Assembly: GCA_002189035.1 (NCBI GenBank) | Contig: NEEC01000013.1 | Location: forward strand, 2,480,001-2,544,000 | DNA length: 64,000 bases | Direction of reading: 5' to 3' | Source: Utricularia gibba | Lineage: Eukaryota > Plantae > Magnoliophyta | Part shown: positions 63,677 to 64,000 of the stretch, piece by piece | How the letters are laid out: each line of letters begins with the position of its first letter | Position numbering within the stretch: position 1 is the stretch's first letter | Made by a program: the position numbers and the translations under genes | The notes under the pieces: model-generated | Told to the model about the DNA's origin: nothing | The model's input: only the letters and a program-made list of their open reading frames with translations | The model's database searches: none

Positions 63677-64000
63677 CGTCCGACAACTACTAGTCTTGGT
63701 GGTTCCAAGTTGAGGAGAAGGGGATCCATGACCCTCCTTATATGTTGTAGTGGCTGAATCTACTGTTCTGGTCTTATGGTAAAAATAATGCTACATCATC
63801 ACTTTATATTTTAATATCTCCATAAGTTTTATCATTTTTAATTCACATATTTTAAAAATACAAATATTTATCATTTTATTTCAAACATTATCATCATATT
63901 CTTCATTATAATGGATTAAATAGTATTTGTTAATTTGGAATTATATTTATTGTAAAGTATTATAACAAAAAGTAAAAACAATCCTTTTAAAACATTGTGT

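Noticed and set aside
63676-63742. Upstream ATG at 63729 that would be in frame with PUT if the G4 run at 63720-23 were G5
   Set aside because: A TATA-like tataag lies only about 8 nt upstream, so this ATG is probably 5' of the TSS. It cannot be called a uORF or a frameshift without reads.
1-64000. tRNA, rRNA, organellar insertions, U12 introns, CRISPR arrays, LTR elements
   Set aside because: No T-loop/D-loop tRNA signature, rRNA tract, ATATCCTT/GTATCCTT at an actual donor, spaced repeat array or LTR/PBS signal seen by eye; not machine-verified.

Overview
Gene-dense plant (eudicot) nuclear DNA with short introns and AT-rich spacers. I can reconstruct 18 protein-coding genes by hand: PMT24/25/26-type methyltransferase (partial), GCD1, plant PAXX, AZG1, a MULE-derived SWIM-finger gene, RFC1, FRA3-type 5-phosphatase, FIGL1, INO80D/KANSL2-like, BIG5/MIN7, At5g52430-like proline-rich protein, LEA_2, CPK3-like kinase, WAT1/UMAMIT, Ycf49-like, AT74-like phosphatase and a PUT/LAT polyamine transporter. 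I found no tRNA, rRNA, CRISPR array or recognisable miRNA. Family assignments come from remembered homolog sequences, not from searches, and exon boundaries are manual. Main observations: (1) seven single-base frameshifts in five otherwise intact genes, all repairable by adding one base to a G/C run, most likely a systematic assembly error; (2) a ~1 kb Mutator-like TIR element with 13-bp flanking direct repeats just upstream of the FRA3 ATG; (3) a domesticated transposase that keeps candidate DDE residues; (4) candidate unannotated small ORFs (a spliced 66-aa ORF, a 41-aa uORF, a signal-peptide-like ORF); (5) a CDPK with APE->APD and DxW->DxF changes. I cannot support a wholly new multi-gene system from this sequence alone.
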